A model generated the notes under the pieces. The model was not told where the DNA came from. It worked only from the letters and a program-made list of their open reading frames with translations, and made no database searches. From NCBI RefSeq assembly GCF_009914755.1, contig NC_060941.1: a stretch of DNA of 64,000 nt. One strand, written 5' to 3'. The stretch is from the human T2T-CHM13v2.0 reference genome, Homo sapiens. Below, one piece after another: positions 20,534 to 43,339 of the stretch (positions are counted from its first letter, which is position 1; every line of letters starts with the position of its first letter). A program made the position numbers and the translations under genes.

Positions 20534-21084
20534 TCACCTTCTTTGTTATCTGGTTCTGCACGCGGGTGACTCAGTTACAAAAGGTGAGGTTTGCAGGGAG
20601 GTCCTAAGGGAATTTGATGACAGTGAAGGGGAACTCTGAAATACTGATCCAGCCACACTTACAAACACTGCTGCTATGGCTGGGAGTTACCTCTATAGAG
20701 CTTGAATCCTGTGCTGTTAGAAGCCTTCTTCTGCAGGAGTGGCCTTGGTTTTATTGCTTCTTAGCGGTTGGGAACCAGCTTCCTGCCAACTGTTTGGAAG
20801 GACATGCCCAGTTTCCAGCTCTGGCTAGATATGAAAGTGAAAGTTTCTGAAAATGATCTTTGCTGGCTGGGATCTGAAGCACCTGTCAGGAGGAAGAACA
20901 GATTGGCCCTAACTCGAGGGTGCTCCCAAGTGGCTGTGGATCAGCTATGAGTCCCTTGCAGGGAGAGGCAAGAAGTGTGAGCAAAGCTACAGGTAAATGA
21001 AGAAACGGGAGACGTCTGAGACATAGCATCCATTTTATTTTTCCTTTTAGTCTTTTGGGCTTGCAGCAGTCAATATTTTTAATT

Positions 21085-22045
21085 AAAAAAGTTAATTTAC
21101 AAATAAAAATTGTATATATTTAATATGTACATGATTTGATATACATATACATTATATAATGATCATCACAATCAAATTAACATACCTGTCATCATCCATA
21201 GTTACCACTGTCTGTGTGTGGTGGGCTAAGGTCATTTAAATTCTGTTCCCTCATCAAATTTCAAGTAATTGATACAGTAATGTACACTATGTTGTAAATT
21301 AGATCCCCAGAACTTGTTCATATTATAAATGAAAGTTTGTACCCTTTCATCAACATCTCTTCACTTCCTTCACACCCCAGCCTCTGGTAACCACCATTCT
21401 ACTCTGCTTCTATGAGTTCAACTTTTTAATTTTTAAATTTTTATTTATTCTATTTATCTATTTATTGAGACAGGGGCTTGCTCTGTCACCCAGGCTGCAG
21501 TGCACTGGTGGTACCACAGCTCACTGCAGCCTTGAACTCCCAAGCTCAAGTGGTCCTCTGACCTCAATCCCCCAAGTAGCTGGGACTATAGGCACATGCC
21601 ACCACACCTGGCTAATTTTTGTATTTTTTATAGAAATGGGGTTTTGCCATGTTGCCCAGGCTGATCTCGAACTTCTGAGCTTAAGCAATCCACCTCAACC
21701 TCCCAAAGTGCTGGCATTGCAGGTGGGAGCCACCACGCCAAGCCAAGTTCAACTTTTTTAGATTCCACATACAAGTGGAATCATAGAGTAATTGTCTTTC
21801 TGTGCCTGGTTTATTTCACTTAGCGTAATATCTTCCTGGCTCATCCATGTCCCAAATGGCAGAATGTCCTTTTTAAAGGCTGAATAATGTTCCGCTATGT
21901 ATGTATATATACCGCATTTTCTTTATCCATTGATCTGTTGATGAACATGGGTTGTTTCCACATCTTAGCTATTGTGAATAAGGCTGCAATGAACATGGGG
22001 GTGCAGATATCTCTTTTAGATACTGATTTCATTTACTTTGGATAT
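21085..22045 (-). mobile_element. L1MA-type 3' end, split by AluJ (21423-21744); resumes 23533-23578
   Basis: AAAATTGTATATATTT, CTGGTAACCACCATTCTACT, GGCTGCAATGAACATGGGGGTGCAGATATCTC. Confidence 0.8.
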
Positions 22046-23532
<1,487 letters not shown>

Positions 23533-23679
23533 TATACTGAGAAGTAAGATTGCTGGATTATATAGGAGTTCTATTTTGTGATACAGACTCCTTGACTGTA
23601 ACTTGCACTGGTGGGCCAGAAATGCCAGAATTACAGGGTAAGCTGAAGCTTAGAGCAATAAAGCACTAATAAGGCACTA

Positions 23680-23935
23680 ATAAATGATAGCTAATATTTA
23701 TTCAGCACTCACTCTGTACCAGGCATTGGGCTAAGTGTTTATGTGAAATATCTCATTCAATCTTCACAACAATCGTAAAAAGCAGGTATTATTTTTGTCC
23801 CCATTCTAGAGACAAGAAAATGGAGGCACAGACAAATTAACTAACTGGCTCAGGTCACAAAACTAGTATGTGATAGAGCTGGGATTTGAGTCTGGCTTGC
23901 TGGACTCTAGAGTCTGTCCTCTTAAACACTATGCT
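23680..23935 (-). mobile_element. MIR
   Basis: CCCATTCTAGAGACAAGAAAATGGAGGCACAGA..GAGCTGGGATTTGAGTC. Confidence 0.75.
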
Positions 23936-24073
23936 AGTGAGGAGCAAGGCAAAAAGATTATAAAAAGAAAGTGCTTCTCAAATGGCTATAATGGCTTTTA
24001 GCCATTACTGCTTAATGAGAAGTATAGACAGGTCTATTGATGAAGAAAGAAAAAGAACCTAAAATTGGAGGTG

Positions 24074-24447
24074 AAGTGGTCATCAAAGAACAAAGGTCAA
24101 CAAATTGAGTTTCAAAAATCTGATTAGCTTTTATTAGCAATTCATGAACCATGCAGCATCCAATCTACAAAACAGAAAGGAGCGCCAATGAGCTAGACAG
24201 AATGGGTAAGTTTTATAGGCAGAAAGAGACAGAGGAAAGCAGGAACAATGAACAAATGGTGGATTAATCATTTCAAGATTACTTTCCTTGTAAGAATGTA
24301 AGTGAAATCTTACTGGCTTAATAGGATTTGGTTATCATCTCTCTCCTGATTTCTTGAAGATCTGATCTTACAAGTAAGCAACTTTGGTTTGGTTTGATGA
24401 CATGGAACTTCAGCCTTGTTTGGGGCCTGCCGTTTTTTTTCTTTTCA
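24074..24447 (-). mobile_element. ERV1-class LTR (MER31/MER67-like)
   Basis: AAATCTGATTAGCTTTTATTAGCAATTCATGAA...GCAGCATCC motif. Confidence 0.5.
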
Positions 24448-24462
24448 TACCAGATAGGTAAT

Positions 24463-24985
<523 letters not shown>

Positions 24986-24989
24986 GGAA

Positions 24990-25158
24990 AAAGGGATGAA
25001 GAAGGGTAAGTGGCAGGTCATGCATGCACTGACTCCTCACATATTGGCTCTCATGTCCTTTGTCAAAGCAAGTCTCATGACCATACCTCACTTCAAAGAG
25101 AGCGTGGAAGTACATGCCTACTGCATGTTTGGAAAAGGAAAGAGAATATTTGTGATGA
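24990..25158 (-). mobile_element. MLT1J/K-like LTR 5' portion
   Basis: Reverse complement reads CACAAATATTCTC..GTACTTCC..TTGAAGTGAGGTATGGTCATGAGACTTGCTTTGAC. Confidence 0.65.
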
Positions 25159-25606
25159 AAAAAAAAATCAAGCATGATGATATTTGTGTCAATGACAGCT
25201 CAATGTTTATAGAAAACAGTGGACATTTTCTAGGTTTTATAGAAATTATGTGATGCAAAAATGTTTATCATGTAATACAGATTTTAAAAAATGCATTAAA
25301 TGACCAGGCATAATGACTCATGCCTGTAATCTTAGCACTTGGGTAGGCTAAGGTGGGAGGATCATTTGAGCCCAGGAGTTTGAGACTAACCTGGACAATA
25401 TAGTGAGACTTCATCTCTGTAAAAATAAAAATAAAAATAATTATATATTTTAAAATGCACTAAATGATCGCCACGTAGAATGGAGAACTCAAAATGAGGT
25501 TACTACTTTAATTGGTTTTAAAGTGACAGAAGAAATCATAGACAACATATTTAGAAGTAACTCTTACTCAGTTTAAATAGATTATATTATGGACAAAAAT
25601 CATGGA
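25158..25606 (+). repeat. Inverted duplication, left arm (449 bp)
   Basis: Reverse complement of 26421-26869. Manual alignment gives ~12 substitutions and no indels. Confidence 0.95.
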
Positions 25607-25855
25607 CAACATGTATCATGTAGTATACATATTGATGAACAACCAGAAGGGAGAAAAAACAAAGATATTGAAATCAATTAATATTTCATTGGTTGTACAT
25701 CTGCAGTAATCATTACATTCAGTTATCTTTGCTATTTCCCCTACTTTCAGTCATGTAAAAACCACAGTTCTATGAAGTTTTAAAATTTCATTGTCATTAA
25801 AGTATTTGTTTTGTTGTTATAAAGCTATATTTGTTAAAGTAGGGAGTTAGACCAT

Positions 25856-26123
<268 letters not shown>

Positions 26124-26403
26124 CCTTTCATAGTTGATGGGAAATAAATGTGAAGCTGCTGAAGGCCATTTTTGTTATGACCTGGGGAGACATCCACTGA
26201 GAACAAAGCCCAGACAAAGGACAGATTGATGAGTGATGACATATTTGAGTACCTGGATCCAACTGTGTCTGAAGCCAACAACCCCTAGATTTAGGTGAGC
26301 CAGTAAATAAATTCCCTTTTCTGCTTAGGCCAGTTCTAATTTAATTTTTTCCATTTGCAACTGAAAGAGACCTATAGTATTCACTGGGCTCATCACAAAT
26401 ATT
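26124..26403 (+). mobile_element. MLT1J/K-like LTR 3' portion followed by an MLT1 5' terminus (26373-26403)
   Basis: GAGTACCTGGATCCAACTGTGTCTGAAGCC, ATAAATTCCCTTTT..CTTAGGCCAGTT, TTGCAACTGAAAGAGACCT, then TATAGTATTCACTGGGCTCATCACAAATATT. Confidence 0.65.
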
Positions 26404-26420
26404 TAAAAATGTTTAAATAT

Positions 26421-27186
<766 letters not shown>

Positions 27187-27373
27187 TAAAATTGCCTTTA
27201 TTTATTTATTGAGAGAGGGTATTTCTCTGTAGCCCAGAATTTGTTGTAAAACTCTGTCACAGTAGTAACAAAATACTTTGTACTTAGGCTATAAAAAAAT
27301 ATATTAAAAAAGTAACACCGATTTCTGCAATTTCTTTCTCCATCTAAAATAATTTTTACATAAAATTAAATAA

Positions 27374-27715
<342 letters not shown>

Positions 27716-28191
27716 TAATTTGAATTGAATTGCATTTTGCTAGAAACATCTTTATGCTATTAGAAGAATGTGATCACCATTTTTTAGGATCACCATCCAA
27801 AAAGCATAATAAAGCCCCAGAGGTTTTTGATTTTCACATTCAATTGCAGCTTTTATAAATGCAGTTTTCTTCACATACTAATGGACATGCTGGAGTTGTT
27901 GCATTTGGGTTTTTGAGTTATAAATTTGTTACAAATAATTCTTTTCTTGTTCTTGTTTTGATCAATAATTCAGTCTTCACTTAGGGAAGAATGTCAAGTT
28001 GTACGGATTTCAACGGATCTTTTCAAATTATGGGTTTGAAGATATTTTTTGTTCATTTTCATACGATTAGTAATTAAATCTTTATTAAATAAGGAATTTG
28101 TGAAAGTCTTGTCTGCAAATTTTATGTGAGTCATGCTCAGCAGACGTCGATTCACTTTCATTGTTGCCAGTTTTTAGAAATTTAAGCAGAC

Positions 28192-28441
28192 CCTGCACTT
28201 TGGGAGGCCGAGGCGGGCAGATCACGAGGTCAGGAGATCGAGACCATCCTGGCTAACACGGTGAAACCCCGTCTCTACTAAAAAAATGCAAAAAATTAGC
28301 CGGGCGTGGTTGCAGGCGCCTGTAGTCCTGTGAACCCGGGAGGCGGAGCTTGCAGTGAGCCAAGATCGCACGACTGCACTCCGGCCTGGGTGACAGAGTG
28401 AGACTCCTTCTCAAAAAAAAAAAAAAAAAAAAAAAAAAGAA
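28192..28441 (+). mobile_element. AluY, 5'-truncated and internally deleted
   Basis: Y diagnostics GAGATCGAGACCATCCTGGCTAACACGG and GGAGCTTGCAG. 16-bp TSD AGAAATTTAAGCAGAC. Confidence 0.9.
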
Positions 28442-28512
28442 AGAAATTTAAGCAGACTGCTTTCTATTTTCTCTTCTTTCAGGCTTTTTGTTCTCTAAGT
28501 TCCACTTCTGTA

Positions 28513-28521
28513 TTTTCTTTT

Positions 28522-28585
<64 letters not shown>

Positions 28586-28586
28586 T

Positions 28587-28628
<42 letters not shown>

Positions 28629-28686
28629 TCCTTTCTTTTTCTTTCTTTTCTCTTTCTTTCTCTCTCTCTTTCTGCCTCTCTTTCTT

Positions 28687-28717
<31 letters not shown>

Positions 28718-29018
28718 TTCTTTTGTGACACCGTTTCACTCTGTTGCCGAGGCTGGAGTGCAGTGCAGTGGTGAAATCTCGGCTCACTGCAACCTCCACC
28801 TCCCGGGTTCAAGCACATTTCCTGCCTCAGCCTCCTGAGTAGCTGGGACTACAGGCGTGTGCCACCATGCCCGGCTAATTTTTTTTTTGTATTATTAGTA
28901 GAGACGGGGTTTCACCATGTTGTCCAGGCTGGTCTCGAACTCCTGACCTCAAGTTATCTGCCTGCCCTCAGCCTCCCAAAGTGCTGGGATTACAGGTGTG
29001 AGCCACCGTGCCCAGCCC
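28513..29018 (-). mobile_element. AluSx with a ~210-bp (TTTC)n/(TC)n microsatellite tail (28513-28723)
   Basis: Long TTTC array followed by a reverse Alu. TTCTGTATTTTCT is repeated on both sides. Confidence 0.9.
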
Positions 29019-30234
29019 ATTTCTGTATTTTCTATCTCAATGTGATCTTGACTTATACTTATTTAAGTTATTTATTTATACTTACTAAATTATACTTATT
29101 CAAATTATTTAAAGAATTTTTAAATTATTTTATGTAAAAATATTTAAATAAGGCTGAATTTGTATTTAAATTTCTGGAAATACTAATGTTTTTATAAAAA
29201 TTCATAACTCTAGCATTCAGTGTCAATCTGGTTATCATTGTATTTGTCCATGTAGTTGTCAATTCATATTGTTTGATGAATGTTGTCTCTACACCTGAGT
29301 ATATACAAATATAAGAATAATAAGAATTATTTGATGTTACAAAATATTCAGCTGTCACTTGCAACTGTTGCAAATACCAGAATCATGCATCACTAACAAA
29401 TGGTACCTTGTTATGCAAGAATCTATTGCACTTGTGCTGAGAAGATTTGACAAGTTCATTAGTCTTTTTTTATTAATGTCTCCTCCTCCCTGAGATCTAA
29501 AGCAGTGTCTAGCTCTATGTTAGCAGCGGCACAACTTACAAATCTCCACGGCATTCTGATTAATTTCCTTTTTTTGTTTCAAGGACATAGGACTAGGGTG
29601 TAAAGAAGGAATTTCTTGGGCCCTGAAACAGCGTAAGTCATGAGAACAGATGGGTGGGGTATATTGGTTGTATCATGCCAGCACTAAGGGGCAAATATCA
29701 AGTTGCAGACACCCATACATTCTTTAGTATACAAATGTGTTGTGTTTGTTATATGTGTGGTCCTCCAAAGCTCAAGTTCCCCGCTTGCCTGGGTTAAGGG
29801 CAGTGGTCACTTTGGATGTCGTCTTAGGAACTAGTCAAAGATCTCTGGAGAGTGGGATCTTCGGCAGACTAGAATAGGGAAAGGAGCCACGCTAGGTGAG
29901 ATTTGAGAGACAGGGCAGAGGCAGATTTACCATGAGGCAAATGAAGCTTAAGTTTTGAGGTCCCTCATTTGTACAGATTGCGCCAAGGTTTTAGTGCTTG
30001 CTGATTTTGTGTTCTTTTTCTTGAAGATGCTCCCAGCTCACAAAAGTGAAGTTTGAAAAACTTAAGGCAGGATATCAGAGCCCAAACCAGACAGGTTCAG
30101 GGTAGTTCAGGGCAGGGTTCTCTTCTGGCAGTGTCCTGGAATACTTGACAGGAACCAAAGGCATATGAGCTGGGAGCAGAAGGTCTGGGACAATCCAGTA
30201 GGGTTTTAGAGTGACTTCTGCAACTGCAGCAGTG

Positions 30235-30504
30235 AGGTGGGGCATGGTGGCTCACACCTGTAATCCCAGCACTTTTGGAAGCCAAGGTAGGTGGATGCCT
30301 TGAGTCCAGTTTTGTCATGGGCAACATGAAAAGTCCTATCTCTACAAAAATTACAAAAATTAGCCGGGTGTGGTGGCGCATGCCTGTAGTCCCAACTACT
30401 CAGGAGGCTGAGGTGGGAGGATCACTTGAACCCGGGAGGGAGAGGTTGCAGGGAGCCGGGATCATGCTAATGCACTCCAGCCTGGGCGACAGAGTAAGAC
30501 TGTC

Positions 30505-30536
<32 letters not shown>

Positions 30537-30550
30537 GAAAGAAAAAAGAA
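30235..30550 (+). mobile_element. AluJ
   Basis: Alu consensus with AACTGCAG..GTGAG flanks. Confidence 0.85.
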
Positions 30551-30574
30551 ACTGCAGTAGTGAGATTCATCTAG

Positions 30575-31140
<566 letters not shown>

Positions 31141-31175
31141 TGCCTCTATCTTCCCATCAGCGCTAGCTGGGAAGC

Positions 31176-31610
31176 TGTAGTAGTTTCCTATTGCTGCTGG
31201 AATGAATCACCCTGAACTTAGTGCCATAAAATGGCACACATTTATTCTCTTACAGCTTTGGAGATAGAAATCGAAAATGTGTCTCACAGGGCTAAAATCA
31301 AGATGGTGGTCAGGCTATCTTTCTCCTGGAGACTCTGTTCCTCGCCTTTTTCAGCTTTCAGAGGCTGCCCATATTCCTTGGCTCATGGCTCTGCACTGCT
31401 TGGACTTCTGCTTCCATATTCACATCTCCTTCTCTGACTCTGACCCTCCTATAAGGACCTTTGTGTTAACAGTGGGCCCATACAGATAATCCAGGATAAT
31501 CGCCCCACATCTCAAGATCTCCACCTCAATGACACCTTTATGGTGTAAGGTAGCATATTCACAGGTTCTGAGGATTAAGATATTTGGGGAGCCATGATTT
31601 GGCCTACAAT
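31176..31610 (-). mobile_element. MLT1B/D-like LTR
   Basis: TAGTTTCCTATTGCTGCT start, TTGGCTCATGGC, CAGATAATCCAGGATAATC, CACAGGTTCTGAGGATTAAG. Confidence 0.75.
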
Positions 31611-31789
31611 AGGTGCTTAATAGGAGGGGCTACGGTTACAGAGGAAGAGTGCTCAGGCCTGTAGCCAAAATAGGGCTAGGGACAAAGGAATGACTCCATT
31701 TTGTCCAGAGTAAGAGCAAAGAACAAGCTGAAATTCCACAGGAGGAAAACTAGGGGAAGCTGAGGGTGTTGAGTCTTACTTAGGAGGAC

Positions 31790-33086
<1,297 letters not shown>

Positions 33087-35337
33087 TAACCTCAGTGCCA
33101 AGTCAGAGGCTGAACGCTCATTATGTGCTTAGTGTAGAGTGGATTGTTTAAACATTAAAATATTCATGGAATGAAAAAAATAGGTACATTGCATTTTACC
33201 ATAGGAAAACTAGTAAAACGGGACCACGTACTCCTGACCAAGGACTCAGAACTGAATAAGTCAAAAATACATCCTAAAAGATTATAAAAATCTGTAATCA
33301 CCTAAAACAATAAACACGTGCCACTCCAGCTTCTATAAAATGGGTTTGAGGTACTCTACACAGTGATTACACAGGGAGTCCAATGAACTGTAGAGCACAT
33401 AGAAGTACCACTGGATCATACGCTTGAACTCAAGCCTAATTTGATGGCTATCATGTGGTCAATTATAATCTTGCTGGATTAGTTAGACCTTAGCATGGCT
33501 CATATGAGATGGTTTGATGATCCAAACATACCTCAAAGATTTTCTCTTGATCTGTTTCCCTGGAGAGCAAGCAGAGGTATTTGAAACAATTTCCATGAGT
33601 CAGTACCTTCAGTGCTAAATGTGCTATTGGTAATGACAGTCCTTCTAGCCAACTGGGTCTAGTATTGAGGAAACAAGATGCACTGGGAGGTGTGGACACC
33701 TGGCACGTGACACGCCCACTGGGGTGGGGCATGTCCTGGGAGGGAAGCCCATGAGTGTGGGTGCCGGGAGGCCATCCAGTATGGCAGGCAGAACTTGGAA
33801 CTTGGGGTGCAAGGAAGCTGATAATAAACAGTTTTATAGTAAAATGGGAGGCCTCAGAGTCATCTCGTATAACAAGAGGTGGACAGAGTGTAGCAACAGA
33901 TCAGATGTTTAATTAACACCCTTGGCATTCTTGGATACCACAGTCACCATTCAAAATACTGTGGGGTGATCCCAGAGATCCATGATATGTAGTCATTTGC
34001 CATTTTGCCAGGACAAGGATCTTAAACACCTGAGGACCTAAGAACGACTTAAGTGAATGGCTGGCATTCCATCTCACCATAACTTTGTGTTTCTTTGTTC
34101 ATGGTTGGGTATGCAGAAATTTTCCTTCGGTAATTAAAAAAATAAAAATGACCACAGTGGTTTTTCTTTGGAAAAAAGTCAGCTGCTTCTTACTGGTATT
34201 AAACTGAAGAGAAATTCAGCCAGAAAATGAAATATAACTGAATGTGAAACTCAGCTGTGCTTGGCTAGAAGGGGTTGACCAGGCCCACTTGCACTTGTCT
34301 GTCTGTCTGTCTCTCTCTCTCTCTGTGTCTCCCTCTGTCACCCAGGCTGGAATGCAATGGTGTGATCACTACAGCCTCTAACTCCTGCCCATCCCAAAGT
34401 GCTGGATTACTTGAATGAGCCACTGCCCCTGGCCCCCACTTATACTCTAATTAAAAAAAAAAAGACATTGAAGAAGCTATTTGAATATGACCCCAAAAAG
34501 GGTCATCAAAGGAGAGTTAAACTTTAGTGAAAGTTGAAAAGGAGGTTAACATGAGACGTGAGGCTATCCACAAGCAGCAGCAAGCCTTTGATTCTGGAGA
34601 AAAAGGGGCATCTGCATAAACAACACAGAGATTCAAAAAGGCTTGGAAAAGTGTTGCTCAAGCATGTTATGGGTTGGCTGTAATCAGAAATCAAGCTTGT
34701 GGGAGCTGTTGTTGGGAAAGCATGTCAGCAGGTAAGCAGCAACATTGCCCCCCCCCCACCCCCGCACCGCTGGATGGGTGGAGCATGGGGAGGGACTTAG
34801 TCCCGGAAGGCCTGGAGGGAGTGCTCAGCAGATCATCATCACACCACTGCACTATGCACTGCAGCCTGGGTGCAGATCCTGTGTCTTAAAAAAAAAAAAA
34901 AAAAAAAAAAAAAGTTGGGGTTGGGGGAGGACTTTTGGCCCCGGGAATGAGGCAGAAGCTAGCCAACAGAACCTAAGACAGGGGCCAGAAGTCCAAGCAG
35001 ACCCCAGAGCAAACTTACTTTGTGTTGTATTCCCCAGTACCAAGCCAAACATCCTACTCTTTCTTTCTAAAATCAGGATCGCTCCTAAAAATTGTGGCAG
35101 GGCTGAGCCTCCAGGTTCAAAGGAGGTTCAAGAGCTCTGAGATATAGAGAAGAGGGCTGGAAAGGCTAGGAACCAGAAAGGGTGTGAGAAAATTTTCCCA
35201 ATGAGAAGAGCAGGGGCAGACTGCTGCAGGGCTCCTGGATAAGTCAAATGATGTAACAACTGGTTCTCCTTCTTTGCTGGGGAACCTTTACATAAAGTCC
35301 TCAATTTGTGGCTGCCTGGCTTAAGGCTAGGGCAATT

Positions 35338-36245
<908 letters not shown>

Positions 36246-36761
36246 AGGTAGACTGAAAAATCCAGGCAGGTGCTTACTTACTCTTAAGGATTATTTGGTT
36301 CCAAGAAACAGAAAGCCACGCTGAACTAATTTAAGCAAAAAAGGAGGCCTTTATTGGCTGATGTTCTCAAACCATGAAAGTGCTGGAGTGACTAGAGCCA
36401 GGAATTTAAAAACTGTCAGTCTCTTATCTCTGCTGCTCTTTTCCTGTTAGCTTTATTCTTCCCTCCATGGAGAAAGGCTGATCAAGCCCAGCTTGGGTCA
36501 TGTGTCCACTATGTGGACTAATCACAGGCTAGAGGAATGAGGCATTATAATTGATCTACCTGGGTCACTTGCCCACCTCCATGATTTGGAATTGAGCCTA
36601 TTATTAGAAAAAAGTGTAGCATGAATGTGGCTGCTGGGAGAACTGTAAGCCAGGAAACTACCTCCAGTTACATCTACTACACTACATTTAGTAAAATTAA
36701 ACTGGGCAATTTTGAGCATAACCAAAGCCCTTTCTAGCTAATGCATTTAAAGACATATCTA

Positions 36762-37901
<1,140 letters not shown>

Positions 37902-37929
37902 AGAGCGATATAAGTCTTAATTAGGAAGC

Positions 37930-38290
37930 AAAGGAAGTGAAAGATGGAGAAGATTACATCTTTACTACATTGAGTCTCTCTTATCCATAAACATATTTAA
38001 TAATGTCTCCATTTGTTTAAGAATTATTTTATGTCTTTAAATAAAGGCTATAAGTTTTCTCCATGAATGTTTTGGCCATATTTTAATAGACTTATTCTTA
38101 GATACTTCATAGATTTTGGTACTATTATAAATGGTATTTTAAAAATTATTCTAATTGTTTGCTATTAATATACAAGAAAGTATTTCCCCCTCCGGTGCCC
38201 TGGGCATTTTATATCCAGAAACTTTAGTGAACTTTCTCATTAGTTCTAAGAATTTATCTGGAGAGGCTCTTGAATTTTCTCTATATTGTC
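37930..38290 (-). mobile_element. L1M ORF2-region fragment
   Basis: CATCTTTACTACATTGAGTCT, TATCCAGAAACTTTAGTGAAC..TATTAGTTCT-like motifs. Confidence 0.55.
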
Positions 38291-39627
38291 TCCTAATTTT
38301 TCACATTAAAGTTAATTTTTGCAAAAAATCCAAATTAAGTAATGTAAGCCTAGGACTGTAATATCCTATATTAATGTTTTATGCCTTAACAACTAACAAA
38401 ATTTATTTAGCTCTTACTGGAAATCATATTGGTCTGTGGAAGTGCTTTGCAAAGTGTGTTCCATCAGCCAGGAGAAAGTTTTCATACTTCACACTACATT
38501 CTTTCTTTGGAGATTCACAAAGGCCCTGAGAAGTCCTGCAAAGAATCTTCTCAAAACTGGGTAAAGCCTGCATTCCAAACTGACTTCATCACGGAACCCC
38601 CTTCCAAACAATACTTTCCAGCCTTCTGAAGAACTACTTTTTATAAAGAACACACTTTGGGAAATGATGGTCTAACGAAACGAGTCATGAAAACTGGGTA
38701 ACCCCAGGATTTTCTCAAGAATCTACTCTCTCATTCACAATGTTCTATGGAAGCTAAGCTGGGTGGAATAAGGCTCTATTTGGCTTTTTCTTTTTCTATT
38801 CTTCAGTCTGTAACAATAACTCCCTGTGGGTTAATGCCGGCATCTGAAAGAAAGAAAAATATGCACATTAAATCTCATGAGGCTACCCAGTATGTCTGTT
38901 CCTCAGGAAAGGGTCACAGCTGGTCACAGTGGGAGATTGTCCTTGGAATTCCCATCAGTATCTTTTAACCGATGTTGAGATCACATTTTTTTTGTTTGTT
39001 TCCCTTCCTGCTAAATCCCAGGCCATCAGCTCTCATGCCATGTGTTTTTCCTTACATTATACAGAACCACAAGTGTTTATCAAAAGCTGTCCTTTCTGTG
39101 TTCTGCATTATGTACAAAGGCTAAAAATTTGACAGAGTACAACTAAATAAATGGAAATATAAAAGCTCCACAAATAGGAACATATTTTATTGGGAGAAAA
39201 AAGCTGTGATTATGTAAGTTTTCCTTGGACTGCTATTTCTGATCAGGGTGCTTATTACACTATCTGAAAGGATAATAATGAGTGTCCACCTTCGTGGGTC
39301 TCACATCAAACTTACTTGAGGAGCTCTGAAAAAATACAGGTTTTTCCCCAACTGGGACCCTCTGAATTAGAATCTCCAGTGACAAGCTTAAGCACTTGTA
39401 TTTTTAAATGTTCTGGACTTCACTCTCTGGCATTTATTACATGGCCTTTCTTTTTAAATAAATCATCTTTCAAAATGGTCTTGCCTACATTTTTTTTTCC
39501 TGACTTCGATTTAAAATAACAATAAAGAATATTTTTAAATAAGAAAAATCAATTCCGGCCAGAAGTGAAAGCTCATGCCTGTAATCCCAGCGGTGTGATA
39601 GCTCATGCCTGTAGTCCCAGCTACTCA

Positions 39628-39798
<171 letters not shown>

Positions 39799-40603
39799 TC
39801 ATCCTTGTTCATATAGAGAAATTCTGGAATTCTGAATTTGTCACTTAGCATTTCATTTTTTTAAATTTCCGTGCTACCATACAGTAATTGTCATTTTTAG
39901 GAATTGCATAATATTCCAACATGTATTTATTTGTATCATAACTTAGCTAACCATTCCTTTACTATCAGACCTTTAAGCTATTTCTCTATTTTTAGTTGCC
40001 CTAAGGAGCTTGATATGTATGGATTTTGCTTTTGTTTTGAACCAATTCCCTCGGGATAATTTTCTGGAAGTCTGGTTATTGGGTCAAAGGATATGAACGT
40101 TTTTTTATGTCTCTTGTTAATGATTACTAAATTGCTTCCCAAAAGGTTGAACAAATTCACAAAGCCATGCCCCAACTCCATGGCATAATTGCTGAGGTTT
40201 TCAGAGAGGGGCAGACAATACTAGAAGTCTGTTGGTTTTTCCCATGACAAATCAATAAATGACTCTAAAAATACAAGTCCTATTACTTTACCTAAGAAGA
40301 AAGGCAAGAAGCCTAGTAATAACAACAGTATTATTATGGCACTGCTTGACCATCTCACCCTCTATGGGCCAGCACTTTCCTTGCATTCTTTCTATTATAT
40401 AATTCTAATATATATTCTATAATTCTGAATACCCTAGGAAGTTAGATCTTGCTGCTCCTCAGTTCACAGATGAGACAAGGGTGGGAAGAGAGGTTTAATG
40501 CCTTGCCCAAGGGTTATACAGTGAGTTAGTATTGTAATGTGGATTTGAACCCTGTATTGTTGGGCTTTAAAATTTTATTATTTCGTCTTTTTCAAAAACT
40601 TAA

Positions 40604-41067
<464 letters not shown>

Positions 41068-41176
41068 TTAATTTCACACCATTGATTCCTAAAGCAGTCC
41101 CAAAATCTCACCAGCTAGGTGCCTCCTAATTCATAAATTGGCTGTAAAATGGAATAAGACACAATAGATGCAGTAG

Positions 41177-41605
41177 GTTAAGGATATCCACAATGTCCTG
41201 CTGCTTCTCCCATCAAGAGGTGGTCTATTGACCCCCCCTTAAGTCTGGGCTGGCCTGTGACTTTTTTTTGACCAATAGAATGCAGCATCACTACATCACA
41301 CCCAGACTTAGGTCTGACAGCTTCAGTGTTCACCCTCTTGGAGCCCCAAGCCACTATGTAAAGAGAATCAGTCTTTCTAGAGAGACCACAGAAGAAATGT
41401 GTGGCCAGCCCAGCTTTTTCAGCCATCACTGCTGAGGCTTTAGACATGATTGTCACCATCTTGGATCCTCTATCCTCAGTTAAGTCACCCCGTTGGCAAT
41501 ATGTGGAACAGAAACAAACCATCCCTGATGAGCTAAAAATCAGCTGTTGTTTTAAATGCTGTTAAATATTGAGGTGCTCTGTTATGCAACAAAAATAACT
41601 GAAGC
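41177..41605 (+). mobile_element. MLT1F/G/H-like LTR
   Basis: CTCCCATCAAGAGGTGGTCTATT, GACCAATAGAATGCAGCA, TGTTATGCAACAAAAATAACTGA. Confidence 0.7.
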
Positions 41606-41934
41606 AATAGGGTTTATTTTGGTGAAAACCAAATGCAGAAAGAGTATCAGCAATATGTTCAGTCTTCCCAAACCCTAACACAAGCAGAATAAAACTCACT
41701 GACATTTACCACCTCTCATGCCACCTAGCACTTAACCTCTATCATGACATTGACTCTGCTGCACGCAGCCTTAACTTACGTACACGTCTCCCTTCCCTAC
41801 CAGATTAGGTGTAAATTACCTTGGTAACCACAGCCTTTTACACAAGGCCTGGCACAAAAAAGTTACTTAATACATATTTGTTGAATGAACTTTGACTTGC
41901 TCTTGATTGATTGATGAAAGCACTTGAAATGGAA

Positions 41935-42125
41935 TAATAGCTTTTATTTATTGTGCTCAGCATTGTGCAAAGTATTTTACATAGATTATTTCATTTAATC
42001 TTCACAATGATCCCATGAAATAGGTCCTATGATTATCTTCATTTTACAGATGAGGAAACTAAGAGGCTAGGTAACTTGCTTGAGGTCACACTGCTAGGGG
42101 CCAGCGCAGATTCAAACCCCACTTT
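41935..42125 (-). mobile_element. MIR
   Basis: CATTTTACAGATGAGGAAACT..AACTTGCTTGAGGTCACAC. Confidence 0.75.
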
Positions 42126-42129
42126 GCAA

Positions 42130-43203
<1,074 letters not shown>

Positions 43204-43339
43204 GTAAGCAAAAATCTTGATATCAGTTCTAGGGTTATCACCAAACAAGTGTTTTTAAAGTATCTGTGCTGGGCAAGGCAATACTTTAGGCATTTGCAGC
43301 AATTAAATGAATGAAGCCATTGCAGTGTGTGCACAAAAT

